Below, piece by piece: positions 30,201 to 39,986 of a stretch of DNA of 64,000 bases. Position 1 is the stretch's first letter; every line of letters starts with the position of its first letter. The DNA is from a virus, in IMG/VR virus record IMGVR_UViG_3300042556_001053, positions 1 to 64,000 of that record. One strand, 5' to 3'. Made by a program: the position numbers and the translations under genes. Below the pieces are notes generated by a model. The model was not told where the DNA came from and ran no database searches. It saw nothing but the letters and a program-made list of their open reading frames with translations.

Positions 30201-31635
30201 TACTAGATGCTTGATTGCTTTGACTAGAAAAAATGGGAACCAGTGTTGATCCACTCATTGCTGGTATACCTGACAGGCTAATTCTTGCATCATTTGTATT
30301 AATTGAAGAAATTGGAAGAGCAGTTCCTCCAGCATCTAAAGACTTATCTATGCTTATATTTTGTACAAAATCTGAAAGGTCTATTTCAAGTCTTGGAGAA
30401 ACTTCTATTAAGTGCATTCTTTTTAGATCTAAAGATATATTAGAGTTGGCATTTGATACTCCAGTTATTCCAGAAAGTGCAGAATTTGCTTGGCTTGATG
30501 TTTGAGTTACCGTAATCTTTTTTAAATTTGTTGAAATAGACAATGCCCCAGCTGAATCAAACTTTGGCATAACTGACCATTTACTTGTACTCCAAGCAGA
30601 TCCTGTCCAATATAAAACTACAACTCCGCTACTACCAACAACTACTGACTGAGAACTTGTTGACTCAGTTCCATTGACAACAGCAGTTATAGAGATACTC
30701 ACCGTTGGAACAGTCATTAATGTATTAAACTTTAAAACAATTTTATTTGTAGGAATTATTTTTTCATATACAGCAGTGATGCTTCTTGAGTTTGAGTCCG
30801 AAACAAAGTATTTATATGGTGCGATGTCAGACGGTAGCGCTGTCTTTATGTTTGGTATTGTTGATGCTGCAAGAAAAAACTTTGGGTTTTGTAGTATACA
30901 ACTTACTGGAGAATACTTGTTTCCAAAAAATCCTCCAGTTGAAGACTCAGTGCTTAAAAGTTTAGAAGCTATTCTTCTATAGTTAGATGGAAAAGAATAC
31001 TTTGAGTCTCCAGACGAAACATATGATTCTCCTGGTCTGAAGTATGAAAATGCACTTTCGGTTGGAAATAAAGAATGATTGTAAAAATCAAATGCTGTTG
31101 TCTCATATACTTCTGGCAACGTATAGCGAACTGTTGCAGTGAGATCATCTGCATCAGCACCGCTAATTGTGTTGGCTGTTATTTTATAAACAAAAGAAGA
31201 TATTGTATCTAGGCTTCCAGAAGATCCTATGTATGTAACAGCCTTTGTCCAGCCAAGTGAATCAACATCTATATTTTCTGTACCGTACTGAGTATCTGAT
31301 CCTTTTGCAGATGCTGTAACCATAACTGGAGTTGCTCTGTTTGTTTTTACATAAGTTACTATTTTATATGCTTTTCCAGACAATCCAGAGAATGTATACG
31401 AAACTGATCCAGTACCGCCTGACATTGTAAATTTTTTGGTTGTAAAGTTTTCTTTTGATTCTGCTGTTGTGGCATTTGTATCAGTTCCAGATGTCGGAGA
31501 TATCTTTGTGCCTGTTCCAGCAGTGGTAATATATGGCTGATTAAATAAGTTATGATTCCATTCAGCAGAAACTACTGGTACTAATGTTATTGAGTTTGAT
31601 CCTGTAAATACTGATGAGAGTTCGCTACTGAGCAT
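27286..31635 (-). CDS. Baseplate hub/tail-tip (Tal-like) protein
   Basis: Follows Dit; YIDEYGIMKF and C-terminal GNPLIQVGDIV..Y.V.SVSH hub motifs. Confidence 0.8.
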   Translation of the reverse strand: MLSSELSSVFTGSNSITLVPVVSAEWNHNLFNQPYITTAGTGTKISPTSGTDTNATTAESKENFTTKKFTMSGGTGSVSYTFSGLSGKAYKIVTYVKTNRATPVMVTASAKGSDTQYGTENIDVDSLGWTKAVTYIGSSGSLDTISSFVYKITANTISGADADDLTATVRYTLPEVYETTAFDFYNHSLFPTESAFSYFRPGESYVSSGDSKYSFPSNYRRIASKLLSTESSTGGFFGNKYSPVSCILQNPKFFLAASTIPNIKTALPSDIAPYKYFVSDSNSRSITAVYEKIIPTNKIVLKFNTLMTVPTVSISITAVVNGTESTSSQSVVVGSSGVVVLYWTGSAWSTSKWSVMPKFDSAGALSISTNLKKITVTQTSSQANSALSGITGVSNANSNISLDLKRMHLIEVSPRLEIDLSDFVQNISIDKSLDAGGTALPISSINTNDARISLSGIPAMSGSTLVPIFSSQSNQASSILANILRKNIKFYVNFNLIDYASPGSVTTSGTYIPGGIFYSDTWEENDISDISVQCFDISRYLQSTPVPDYVASLKTVFEVITNILDLAGFTDYDYDSLYRICNNKSAPLDLSYYYCNSKDTTVLDALSQIFVAYQIGAYIDEYGIMKFLSLQDILSSTTTSLSISDSNILEGGFSISNNAKPGKISLRYQTPKIKQSPSLQNVTNLEIKNSPSFIYTTSNDVVWQQQTLDSVGFNYLNADMSEDTNVFQINNNDLLDIFHTFNMNNEGYAAIENEIVSFVYKEYELTNMSSNLSEKVSVKNNLELSSEINRFVKQYGVGLNQKSAIVTDAEGDGVINTYYAENDFAVGDRVNISGMVPTQFNLSGTVLDADATSFLILTTSHSLDPVTKSGSAFTASTSDILITPTGKITNVKRGMFGTAPAEHARIDSLASKGLSEKSINYYYTDVSASNDASIINSKTSNGEITDSLPSIDKIRVETFGTNKTLIYPTDALDIGYQTYSVKFDMPDQAVTTAGLFFNMKDEESTDWAYFVELIKYNVLVPGTVTLYDPPRYRYALTIRTDGYIVAWSDVTGECQSITNNFAKIINKTKVDNKYQYDYVTDNAFNLKVVRYISDGSDGEDGTEEISKNILSVFLNNVEISSWQVPGDPSDPDTGATGYKPTSINPLTGMRRKPSVANDMVLDTKFGFVSSSAPNAIDGLEPPLQFPSPDSNHASSLREIHATKKPLKERSVSYFYQDREFLNGLIQNQSLANLSPSYIMQTTPEISGINVYDVQYTTPAAVSVDVLPIEYMWYYFPGNEPEDQKNYQKKIIDEYSLAYSTPINTGFRAKIAVANNSPHMVFLRKESDELNQFTINFNLWTHEVVAPSDPEIIEKVVDQSNMSEVLQLDSEWIQSKEAAYKMLKIVEMGLDGFSKTVTLNIFGNPLIQVGDIVGLTYSLNGISSQRYMVQSVSHSFDSGLSTSIKMNRLD

Positions 31636-32141
31636 TATATCTCCGTAAACTCAATACTCATATCAACATAGTCTGAAAGTTTTGTTCTGTTAATTATTGT
31701 TTTAGAAAAATCAGTCATAAAAACAGTGTATCTTTTTGCTCCAGTTTCAGTTGAGCCACTATTAAGCGCTGTTTGTGCAGTAGTAAATGTTCCAGATGGT
31801 AGCGATCCTGCAGAAGAATCTGTAGCAAGTTCTGACGCTACAACCTTTATGTATATTGGTACTCCTGCATTTGATTGATAAAAAGATTCAAGCCAAGCAG
31901 CTGCATTAAAACCGTCAGCAGATTCAGAAGTTTTTGATGGTACATATTTCCATGATACTGATATTTTTCTTTTCTTGGCAACAACATATTTTCTCATTGT
32001 TCCATTAGCCATGCGTGACTGAGACTCAATTAGTTCTGTTGAAATCTGAATAGGCTCTCTATTATGGTCTGTAATGCTTTGCCAGCTATTATCTGCACCA
32101 GTTAAAGAAACCTGTATACCTGCACCAATTGTATATGCCAT
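31635..32141 (-). CDS. Distal tail protein (Dit-like)
   Basis: RMANGTMRKYVVAKKRKISVSW; immediately downstream of tape measure. Confidence 0.7.
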   Translation of the reverse strand: MAYTIGAGIQVSLTGADNSWQSITDHNREPIQISTELIESQSRMANGTMRKYVVAKKRKISVSWKYVPSKTSESADGFNAAAWLESFYQSNAGVPIYIKVVASELATDSSAGSLPSGTFTTAQTALNSGSTETGAKRYTVFMTDFSKTIINRTKLSDYVDMSIEFTEI

Positions 32142-35100
32142 TAGATGCTAACCTTGTTAGACTTATTATTCTTATTAATTTCAACCTTTAATCGTCTCAT
32201 AACTTCGTTTGCAACACCCTCTGGGCTTGCATTGTTACTTGTAATAGGCATATTTATATTATACACGGTACCGCCAGAATTTGTGCTAATGTCTGCAGTT
32301 CCATTATTTACCGCATTCATTGCAGCAACTCCATAGTCCTTAACAGATGATGCCTTTACAACAAACTCTCCATTTGAAACACGAATTGATCCTCCACCTG
32401 CATAACCAAGTGTTGCTTTAATTGAATCAGAGCGTCCTGTTCCAGGACCCTTGATAAGGCCCCCATTGGCCTTCTTAGGCAGTTTTGCCTTCTCAACGCT
32501 AGTTAGCTTAGACCCATCTTTAATCTCAGTTACTCTTGCTCTTAGAGCATCAATTTCGGCATCCTTTTTTCTTAACTCTGTCTCTTTATTAAATTCCATT
32601 TGTACATTTCTTGACTGTTGACCAAGCATTGCTGCCTCTATGTAGTTTCCAGAAATTTTAGCTTGTACTGCCTGACTAGCCAGATCTTGAAGCTTCATCT
32701 GTAAATCAATCTGTCTTTGAACTTCTTCGTTTGCTGCTTTTTGTGCATCACGCTTAGCTTCTAGTTTATTAATCTCTTTTTCTAACAACTTAATATACTG
32801 TTCTTCCGCAGTTAGCTTATCTTTACCCTTGCCTGTTCCATCATCTGGTGACTGATAATCTTTTACATTTGGTGATGTAGAACCTTTTGTAAGCGCTGCA
32901 GCTGCTTTTCTTGCTGCATCTCTTGCAGCATTAAAGCTCTTTATAACCTTTTCAGCATTATAAACTCTTATAGCATCATCTGGACCTGCAACTGTTGTAT
33001 TTTGAAGTATAAGCATTGCTTCAATTGCTCCAGAAAGTGCACCAGTTAATCCTAGAGCTTGGGCCTCCATGATAGCTAACTTATTGCCTGTTCCAGTTAT
33101 TCCTTGTGCAGCTTTTTGTAAGTTAGCTGGAAGCGACTTCATCATTTCATTTAGCAAAATAGTTTGTTCTGGCTTTGGCATTGTTGCAATAGATGATCCA
33201 AGCCTTCCCATTCCTTGAGCGAATTGGTCTGCAGATATAGTTCCATTTTTTAGTTGTCCAGTTAAACCATTAATAAAGCCAGTTGCTGCATCTGCTGCAA
33301 GTTTTACATTTTCTTTAGCTCCCTCAGAAAATTGATTAACAACTTTGTTAACTTGACCTACTCTTTGTGCATAAACCATTGTTTGAGTAATTCCTTGATC
33401 AACCTGATCTAATATAGCGTTAAAGTTTTTGTCAAAGTTTAAAATTCCCATATCAGTTGAAAGATCAACATTAGCAAAGTTAAACTTAAAATCAGTCTTT
33501 CCAGATTCTTCTTGCAAAGCTTTTATAATTAAATCAATTTGTTCTTTGGCAAATCCAGAACCACGAAGCTGAATAGCAATAGAGTCAAAAACTAACTTGG
33601 CTTGCTGATTACTTCCTTTTCTTAAGGACTCAATGTCTTTCTTAAAGTCTTTTTGAAAGTTTTCATTTTCTTGTAATGAATCAATCTGAGATTGTTCTTG
33701 TGAATTTGCACCAGTGTTATCTGTAGCATTATCTCTAGATAAAAAGTCAAGCTTGGTTGGAACCACCCCGAAGAAATCTCCAAGTGTCTTAAGCTTCTTT
33801 TCAGATACTAATGCAGCATCTCCAAGACCTTCAACAGCAAGACGCTCACGCTCTTTTGCTGCATTAAGAAGTTTAACTATGCCGACTGTTGCTGCTAAGC
33901 CTAAAGCTACTAACTTAAATGGTCCTGGTAGAAGAGCTAATACCATCTTTAGTGCTTGGAATCCAAATACCGCTGGCATAATCTTTTGTGCAAGCTCTCC
34001 CATTTTGCCAGGTAGGAATGCTGCTGCTATCATTGCAGAGTTTCCTGCCATACCAACTGCTGCTCCACGTCCTGCAAACTTTGATCCAACCTTACCTGCT
34101 GCACCCTTAGCCTTTGACATTCTAGATTGTTTTTCAGGAGTTGTCATTGGAAGGAATACTGTTCCAGCTGGTGCCACTGGTCCAATACCTGCAGGTCCTT
34201 GTTTTCTTGATGCTTTTCCAGACCTTGTTCCAGAAACAACAGCGTCTCCAAGGGCTTTTCCTGCTTTGTTAGCATCTTTCTTTTTAGACTTTACACCATC
34301 TGCTAAACTTTTTCCTGCATTTGCTCCTGCGTCGCTCATCTCTTTGGATGGAGATGAAATACGAAGAGCTGATCTTGCACCACTAATAAGTGCAGATGTA
34401 GCTGCTTCAACTAAGCTTTTTCCTTTAAGCGCAAAGTCTTTTGCTACCAAAGCTGATATTTGAACTGCGCCTCGTCCACCGTAAGCTGCTTGTCTTTCTC
34501 CTGCTTTTTGATTTAAGAAGCTAACTTTGTTTGAGCTTCTTGGTCTTCCAGTAGCAGTATCTCTAGCAACTCCTCCGCCTGTTCCTGCAGGTGCAACAAC
34601 AAACTCACCAGTTCCTGACTTTATCATAGCTGCTAAATATTTACGCTTTGCTTCTAATATTTGCTTTTCTGTTGTTAGTCCAGACTGCTTAAGTTTTGCT
34701 AGTTCAGTGTCTACTTTTGAAAGTCTTTCATCAGCAATCATTCCTGCTTGCTCTACAGTAATTCTCTTACCGTCAATTTTAATTCTAGCATCTGCCAGCA
34801 ATCCTTCAGTAATTGCTTGCTTAGCGTTTGCTCTCATGTAATCAATTCTTGATTTAGTTGCACCGTTTGAGTCTTGTAGTAAAGCTCTTGCAGTTGCACC
34901 TTCTCTAGATAGCTGCTCAAGCTCTACGGTGTGCTTTTGTGTTGAAACCTTGTTTTCTCTCAGAGCTACAGCTGCTTGATCTCCTGCTTCGGCCAAAGCA
35001 TCTAGTGTAAAAGGCTCTCCCTTAACACCAATTGCATTAAACATTGTATTTCTTGAACCTGTGCCAAGAGTTGTTGTACCACCGAAAGATCTTCCACCAG

Positions 35101-37483
35101 CTAGTACAGCATTGTCATCCTTGACTGAACCAACCAACTCTTCTTGACTCTTTACTAAATCATATCCTTCGCCATCTACTTTGTTTGTAAGCTTAAGGAC
35201 TGTTGTTGAAAATCCTTTAAGCTCATCTCCAACTAGTCTAATTGTTCTTGCAAGTTCACTTGGTGCCGTAACATCAAAGTGAGATGCAACTGCAGATGTA
35301 GAGGTATTTGTAACAAACCTAGATCCCAAACCTTCTGCATATCCAGGTATATTGTCAGCAATCATTCCATTAATAAGGCCAGCGTACTTCTTGCTCATCT
35401 TGGTTGGAATTACTGTTTCTCCTGGCATTAGTAATGCTAGTTCTGAGTCTTGATTTCCTGTACCGCCAACTACCGCAGGCTTACCCTTTGCTCTCTTCTT
35501 AATTGGGCCACGGCCTATAGGCATGGCTGTTGGCATAAAGTTTTTTTGCGCTGCAATTGCTCTAGTGTATGCTCCAGTTAGCTTGTCTACTGATGCTGCT
35601 TCCGCCGTGAATGTTTGTGCAAGATTTCTATGAATTTGATCAAGAGATGCTGCTACTGCTGCTGCATTTCTTTGTTCAAGAGTCATGTACTTAACTTCAG
35701 TGCCAAGAGTTGCAGATGACTGACCAGTTTTATTAAAGAGGGTCTTCATTGCTGTAAAGCCCTTAATTATATTTGCAACACCGTTTGCAAGCAAACCGAA
35801 TGTCATTAATAAGATTGGTCCTAGCCCAGCAATAGCTGTTGTTGCAATAACTATTGCTTTCTTTGTTCCATCTCCAAGATTATTAAATCTATCTAATATG
35901 TTTGAAACAAATTCAGCAATTGGTGTTACTGCCTTCAAAAACTCTTCACCTACTGGAACCAATGAAAGCTTTAGATTTTCAACAGCACCCTTAAATTTAT
36001 TCATAGCCGATTCTGAAGTCATGCCTAATTCTTTTTCAGACAGCGATGCTAGTTCTTGAACAGATGCACCAGCTAGGTCAAGAACACGTGCTGCCTGTGT
36101 ACCATCTTTGGTAACGTTGGCAAAAAGTGTAGATAAACGAGCAAACTGGAACTTACCAAACATTTGCTCAATAACCTGAGCTCTATTTAGTGGATCAAGT
36201 TGATTTAAAGCTGTAGCAAACTCAACAACAGTTGCCTTAAGGTTTCCTCTATTATCTTCTACAATCTTTTTTGCATTGATTCCAAAAGCTAAAAGCATAT
36301 CGTTTGCTTTTCCAGTTGGATTAATTAAAGATCCAAGACCAGACTTTAATGCGTTAGCCCCTTCTGATGCATTAATTCCACCTTCTTTCATTGCAGTCAT
36401 AAAGAATGCTAAATCTTTAAGATCTCCACCAAGTTGTTCAACTACTGGTGCAGCTTTTGGAATTGCAGTTGACATATCATCAAGAGATAGAACAGTCTGG
36501 TTTTCTACTGCGTTAAGAAAATCAATTGATTCTGCAAGCTTTTCAGAAGACATTGAGAAAGCATTTTGTAAAGCAATTGTTGTTTCAAGTGCTTTCTGGC
36601 TATCTACTTGTCCCAGAATAGAAAGTTTGGTTGCTGCAGTTGTCTGTCTTTGAAGATCTAGTCCTTGAAAACCTGCTGCTGCAGCTTCTGCTGCAAGTCC
36701 AACTGTTTGAGAAACGGCAACACCATACTTAGTAAACTGCTTTCCAAGTTCTGTTATTCCTTCTAGTGCTGCTTGGGTTTCTGATGCTGGTGTAAATAAA
36801 TCTCCGTATACCTTCTTAAAACGAATAGCCTGAGTTTCCATATCCATAAATGTTTTTGATGCTGCTGCACCAACACTTATTAATGGAAGTGTAAAACCAA
36901 CCATAAGCTGACGACCAGCCCATTGTGTATTTTTACCAAAGTTAAGTAGGTTTGTAGATCCTTGCTTTAAAAGCTGATTAAGTAATGCTTGCTTTTCAGA
37001 AGCAATCATTGTCTTTGTTGCAAGATCATTCATGTCAAGAGACAGAGGTCTTACAGCAATTGCCTTCATAGCACCGTTTGCATCACGGCCCATCTTAATG
37101 TATTGTGTCTGAAGGTCTTTTACGTTTTCTCTAGCAACCTTGTTTATTGTCTCAAATTCAGACTTAAACAATCTACCAAAAGTTTTTGATGCTCCACCAG
37201 CATACCTAAAGTATTCTCCAAGTGAGAACTTATTCTTCTCTAAAGAATTTGTGAACGACTCAGTGGTTGTTCTGATTGTTTTCATCTGGGCAGAGAACTT
37301 GCCCGTAGCATTAATTGAGTTAATTAAGCCTTGCTGCATTTGAGCAGTAACTGCATTAGCTGCAGCTCCGCCCTTTGCCATTGATGTATGAAAGGCTGAT
37401 ATCTGTCTCTGTAAGTTTTTGATATTCGCCAGTGCTTCAGCAGTATCAATACTTACCTTAATATTGGACTGAGCATCAGCCAT
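32141..37483 (-). CDS. Tape measure protein
   Basis: 1780 aa, helical and Ala-rich; TP901-type core (ASEGANALKS); ANGG..GPGTGRSDSI..SNGEFVV motif. Confidence 0.93.
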   Translation of the reverse strand: MADAQSNIKVSIDTAEALANIKNLQRQISAFHTSMAKGGAAANAVTAQMQQGLINSINATGKFSAQMKTIRTTTESFTNSLEKNKFSLGEYFRYAGGASKTFGRLFKSEFETINKVARENVKDLQTQYIKMGRDANGAMKAIAVRPLSLDMNDLATKTMIASEKQALLNQLLKQGSTNLLNFGKNTQWAGRQLMVGFTLPLISVGAAASKTFMDMETQAIRFKKVYGDLFTPASETQAALEGITELGKQFTKYGVAVSQTVGLAAEAAAAGFQGLDLQRQTTAATKLSILGQVDSQKALETTIALQNAFSMSSEKLAESIDFLNAVENQTVLSLDDMSTAIPKAAPVVEQLGGDLKDLAFFMTAMKEGGINASEGANALKSGLGSLINPTGKANDMLLAFGINAKKIVEDNRGNLKATVVEFATALNQLDPLNRAQVIEQMFGKFQFARLSTLFANVTKDGTQAARVLDLAGASVQELASLSEKELGMTSESAMNKFKGAVENLKLSLVPVGEEFLKAVTPIAEFVSNILDRFNNLGDGTKKAIVIATTAIAGLGPILLMTFGLLANGVANIIKGFTAMKTLFNKTGQSSATLGTEVKYMTLEQRNAAAVAASLDQIHRNLAQTFTAEAASVDKLTGAYTRAIAAQKNFMPTAMPIGRGPIKKRAKGKPAVVGGTGNQDSELALLMPGETVIPTKMSKKYAGLINGMIADNIPGYAEGLGSRFVTNTSTSAVASHFDVTAPSELARTIRLVGDELKGFSTTVLKLTNKVDGEGYDLVKSQEELVGSVKDDNAVLAGGRSFGGTTTLGTGSRNTMFNAIGVKGEPFTLDALAEAGDQAAVALRENKVSTQKHTVELEQLSREGATARALLQDSNGATKSRIDYMRANAKQAITEGLLADARIKIDGKRITVEQAGMIADERLSKVDTELAKLKQSGLTTEKQILEAKRKYLAAMIKSGTGEFVVAPAGTGGGVARDTATGRPRSSNKVSFLNQKAGERQAAYGGRGAVQISALVAKDFALKGKSLVEAATSALISGARSALRISSPSKEMSDAGANAGKSLADGVKSKKKDANKAGKALGDAVVSGTRSGKASRKQGPAGIGPVAPAGTVFLPMTTPEKQSRMSKAKGAAGKVGSKFAGRGAAVGMAGNSAMIAAAFLPGKMGELAQKIMPAVFGFQALKMVLALLPGPFKLVALGLAATVGIVKLLNAAKERERLAVEGLGDAALVSEKKLKTLGDFFGVVPTKLDFLSRDNATDNTGANSQEQSQIDSLQENENFQKDFKKDIESLRKGSNQQAKLVFDSIAIQLRGSGFAKEQIDLIIKALQEESGKTDFKFNFANVDLSTDMGILNFDKNFNAILDQVDQGITQTMVYAQRVGQVNKVVNQFSEGAKENVKLAADAATGFINGLTGQLKNGTISADQFAQGMGRLGSSIATMPKPEQTILLNEMMKSLPANLQKAAQGITGTGNKLAIMEAQALGLTGALSGAIEAMLILQNTTVAGPDDAIRVYNAEKVIKSFNAARDAARKAAAALTKGSTSPNVKDYQSPDDGTGKGKDKLTAEEQYIKLLEKEINKLEAKRDAQKAANEEVQRQIDLQMKLQDLASQAVQAKISGNYIEAAMLGQQSRNVQMEFNKETELRKKDAEIDALRARVTEIKDGSKLTSVEKAKLPKKANGGLIKGPGTGRSDSIKATLGYAGGGSIRVSNGEFVVKASSVKDYGVAAMNAVNNGTADISTNSGGTVYNINMPITSNNASPEGVANEVMRRLKVEINKNNKSNKVSI

Positions 37484-37507
37484 TCATTACACCTCTTTAT
37501 TTAATTA

Positions 37508-37837
37508 TTACTCATCTGCATTGCTGGCAAAGAGTGTTGCTGCTTCAGAAATTGGAACTCCTGATGCTACTTCAACAATCTTATACACAGTAGGCAAATC
37601 AATATTTTCTTCCAGAGCAGCAATATCTGATGCTAGTTCTGGCTTGTATTGCTCCATTGCGATTAGTACACATTCCATTAGTAGATTAATTGACTTCTCA
37701 TTATCATCTACTACCTCTGCAATACCCTCAAACTTTTTCATAAACTTTCGTAAAAGTGAAATCTTAAGCGGTCTTAGAGTAATTTCTGTACCATCAATTA
37801 GCTTAATCTGTTGTGATTCATAAACAGTTGTTGCCAT
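37508..37837 (-). CDS. Tail assembly chaperone, short (G-like)
   Basis: Between tube and tape measure; homologous to the N-terminal half of 37887..38585. Confidence 0.8.
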   Translation of the reverse strand: MATTVYESQQIKLIDGTEITLRPLKISLLRKFMKKFEGIAEVVDDNEKSINLLMECVLIAMEQYKPELASDIAALEENIDLPTVYKIVEVASGVPISEAATLFASNADE

Positions 37838-37863
37838 GTTGATCCCTCCCTAGGTTTGTATCA

Positions 37864-37872
37864 ATTATAGCA
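37864..37872 (-). promoter_or_regulatory. Extended -10 promoter TGCTATAAT
   Basis: Upstream of GGAGG SD of the short chaperone. Confidence 0.7.
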
Positions 37873-37886
37873 TAATAAGGCTTATT

Positions 37887-38585
37887 TTATCTAAGATCTT
37901 CGTATTCAAGACCCATGCCAATACCAAACCCTGCCTTCTTAGCATTTTGTCCTTGTAGTGATAAAACGTCACTACTATCATTTGTTGCACCACGACTAAA
38001 GACTCTAGCCTTCATGTTTTCCCATTCTTTTTGGCCACGGTCTGAGTCGGTATTATCCTCTAAGTCAACACCCTGTATTGCTGCAAAGAATTTCTTTTCT
38101 TGATAATCTAAATCTCTTTTGCTAGATATGATTGCTATAATTTCTGATAAAGATAACGACTCTTCTAGTTCAGAATAGTCCTTCCATATACCCAGCAAGA
38201 ATACTTCAGACTCTAACTTAGCTAGATCAAAGTCTTCCCAGGATGGTCCTGGATCTCCCTTTTGTGCTTGTGTCTTTACATCTTCTTCTTGGCTTTCGCC
38301 AATCTTAATGTTTCCAGCTATATCTAATATTTCGTGCACCGTTGGCAAATCAATGTTATCTTCTAACTCTTCTATGCTTTTAGATACTGGTGGATAGTAT
38401 TGCTTCATGGCAATTCTTGTGCATTCAAGTAATACCATCATAGCTTCATCATCATCTTTGGTATACCTAATATCATTAAAGGCATCCATAAACTCTCTAA
38501 GATACTTAATCTTAAGAGGCATTATCTCTATTTCTGTACCGTCAAACAAATAAATATTTTTTGTCTTATATATTGATGTAGCCAT
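37887..38585 (-). CDS. Tail assembly chaperone, long (GT-like)
   Basis: G-like N-terminal domain plus about 125-aa extension (LGIWKDYSELEESLS). Confidence 0.78.
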   Translation of the reverse strand: MATSIYKTKNIYLFDGTEIEIMPLKIKYLREFMDAFNDIRYTKDDDEAMMVLLECTRIAMKQYYPPVSKSIEELEDNIDLPTVHEILDIAGNIKIGESQEEDVKTQAQKGDPGPSWEDFDLAKLESEVFLLGIWKDYSELEESLSLSEIIAIISSKRDLDYQEKKFFAAIQGVDLEDNTDSDRGQKEWENMKARVFSRGATNDSSDVLSLQGQNAKKAGFGIGMGLEYEDLR

Positions 38586-38594
38586 AGTCTATTA

Positions 38595-38603
38595 AGTTTA
38601 CCA
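38595..38603 (-). promoter_or_regulatory. Extended -10 promoter TGGTAAACT (near-leaderless)
   Basis: 9 nt from ATG; no SD. Confidence 0.6.
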
Positions 38604-38604
38604 T

Positions 38605-38640
38605 AAAAACAACAAAGCCCACCTCGTTATGAGATGGGCT
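38605..38640 (-). terminator. Intrinsic terminator after tail tube gene
   Basis: AGCCCATCTC-ATAAC-GAGGTGGGCT followed by TTGTTGTTTTT. Confidence 0.85.
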
Positions 38641-38662
38641 AAGTCGTATTATTAAGTTGTTA

Positions 38663-39304
38663 TTATGAAGCGTCGCCGAAGGTGCGATCAACGATCTTAC
38701 CGTATGATCCACTATCGTCTGGTAGAAGACGGAATGAAACTTCAAACATTGATGCTTCATCACGCTTTGCAGATACTGTTACATTCTCAATTGATAGTGC
38801 ACGGTATGCTGTATAAACACGCTCTACGGATGCAGAGTCTTCACAGTCGCCAGTTCCTGGACCAATTGCAACGATTCCTCGCTCAACTGGGCATTCACCG
38901 ATATCTCCTGCTGACAAGTCTAATGTCTTGTCTCCATTAAGTGCTGTAGTAAGCTTTGAATCACCATATGCTAGTGCCAAAAGAAGATTTTCTAGTGTGG
39001 CCTCAGCAAAGGCTGTTGCAAGATTGACTTGCATTCCCTGCTTATAAAGCTTAGCAACGTCAAGAATTTGATCAACCTGTACTTCGCCGAAGTCTGGCTG
39101 AAACTGTAGTTCAAGACCGTTCATTGTGTAACCTACGTTAGTGTATGAATTATCGTTTGTTAGAGTATCTCTATATGAGTTTGCATTAACGAAAGCTGCT
39201 TGTGGGTTAGTGCCACCAGCTGGAGTCAATACAGAGTCTGAAACAAAAAGTGCTGCAGCTCCAACGATGATGTTGTTCTTAGTTCCACGTGTGTAGTTTG
39301 CCAT
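38663..39304 (-). CDS. Major tail tube protein
   Basis: NIIVGAA..VGYTMNGLEL..VDQ..FAEATLENL pattern; position. Confidence 0.88.
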   Translation of the reverse strand: MANYTRGTKNNIIVGAAALFVSDSVLTPAGGTNPQAAFVNANSYRDTLTNDNSYTNVGYTMNGLELQFQPDFGEVQVDQILDVAKLYKQGMQVNLATAFAEATLENLLLALAYGDSKLTTALNGDKTLDLSAGDIGECPVERGIVAIGPGTGDCEDSASVERVYTAYRALSIENVTVSAKRDEASMFEVSFRLLPDDSGSYGKIVDRTFGDAS

Positions 39305-39366
39305 TTATTCACCTCTTTCTGTAAAAATAGATATTAAATTGTACGGCGTTCTGTTTCCTCAAGTCA

Positions 39367-39375
39367 ATTATAACA
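39367..39375 (-). promoter_or_regulatory. Extended -10 promoter TGTTATAAT
   Basis: Upstream of tube gene, with about 55-nt leader and GAGGTG SD. Confidence 0.7.
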
Positions 39376-39380
39376 GTCTT

Positions 39381-39986
39381 TTATAGGATAATTTTTGTGG
39401 CTAGTTTCTCAGGCTGCCAGTCAGAGTAGCCTACTGAGTCTTTCCCGTCAGAGCCTATGACTGGATTTTGATGATATTCAAAGTCAATTATTATCTTGTT
39501 GCCCCCATAGGTGCGGGCTGTACCAAAGTCAATGATATCCCTTGTTTCTTCAAGCTGATATACCTTGAAGTTGTGGAAGTAGAAAATATTGTCTATTAGG
39601 TCTGGGCTCTGATCTGTGCCTAGATTTATCTGTCTATTAGAGCACCAGTTGTTTACTTCTTCTGCTGTTTCATCAAAACGATCCATAAGTCTAAGCACTG
39701 CTTCTTGGACCTTAACCATGTTTTCTATATTATTATCAGCAGTGGCATAGAAATAGTAAAGGATCTGCTCAGACTTTATGTGTGGAAAACCCTTACGATT
39801 CATCTTAATAAGCCTGTCCCATGTACCCATTACTCCTCCTGCTGGAAAAGATCCTGTAAGATCATCCAATATTGAAGGAGTTGATGGAAAAAATGGAAAT
39901 TCAATATCTGTAATACCAGACACTCTGTCTTGTAAATACTTGTTAATCCAAAGAACTGGTGTATTTAAAAGTGAGTCATTTGCCAT
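39381..39986 (-). CDS. Tail terminator/completion protein (putative)
   Basis: Synteny, immediately upstream of tube. Confidence 0.55.
   Translation of the reverse strand: MANDSLLNTPVLWINKYLQDRVSGITDIEFPFFPSTPSILDDLTGSFPAGGVMGTWDRLIKMNRKGFPHIKSEQILYYFYATADNNIENMVKVQEAVLRLMDRFDETAEEVNNWCSNRQINLGTDQSPDLIDNIFYFHNFKVYQLEETRDIIDFGTARTYGGNKIIIDFEYHQNPVIGSDGKDSVGYSDWQPEKLATKIIL

Noticed and set aside
33714-36653. Long plus-strand ORFs within the tape measure gene (similar ones in the capsid and fibre genes)
   Set aside because: Antisense artefacts of biased codon usage with no protein motifs
37838-37900. Programmed frameshift joining the chaperone ORFs
   Set aside because: The long ORF comes first and ends in a stop, and the short ORF has its own promoter and SD; no overlap requiring a shift
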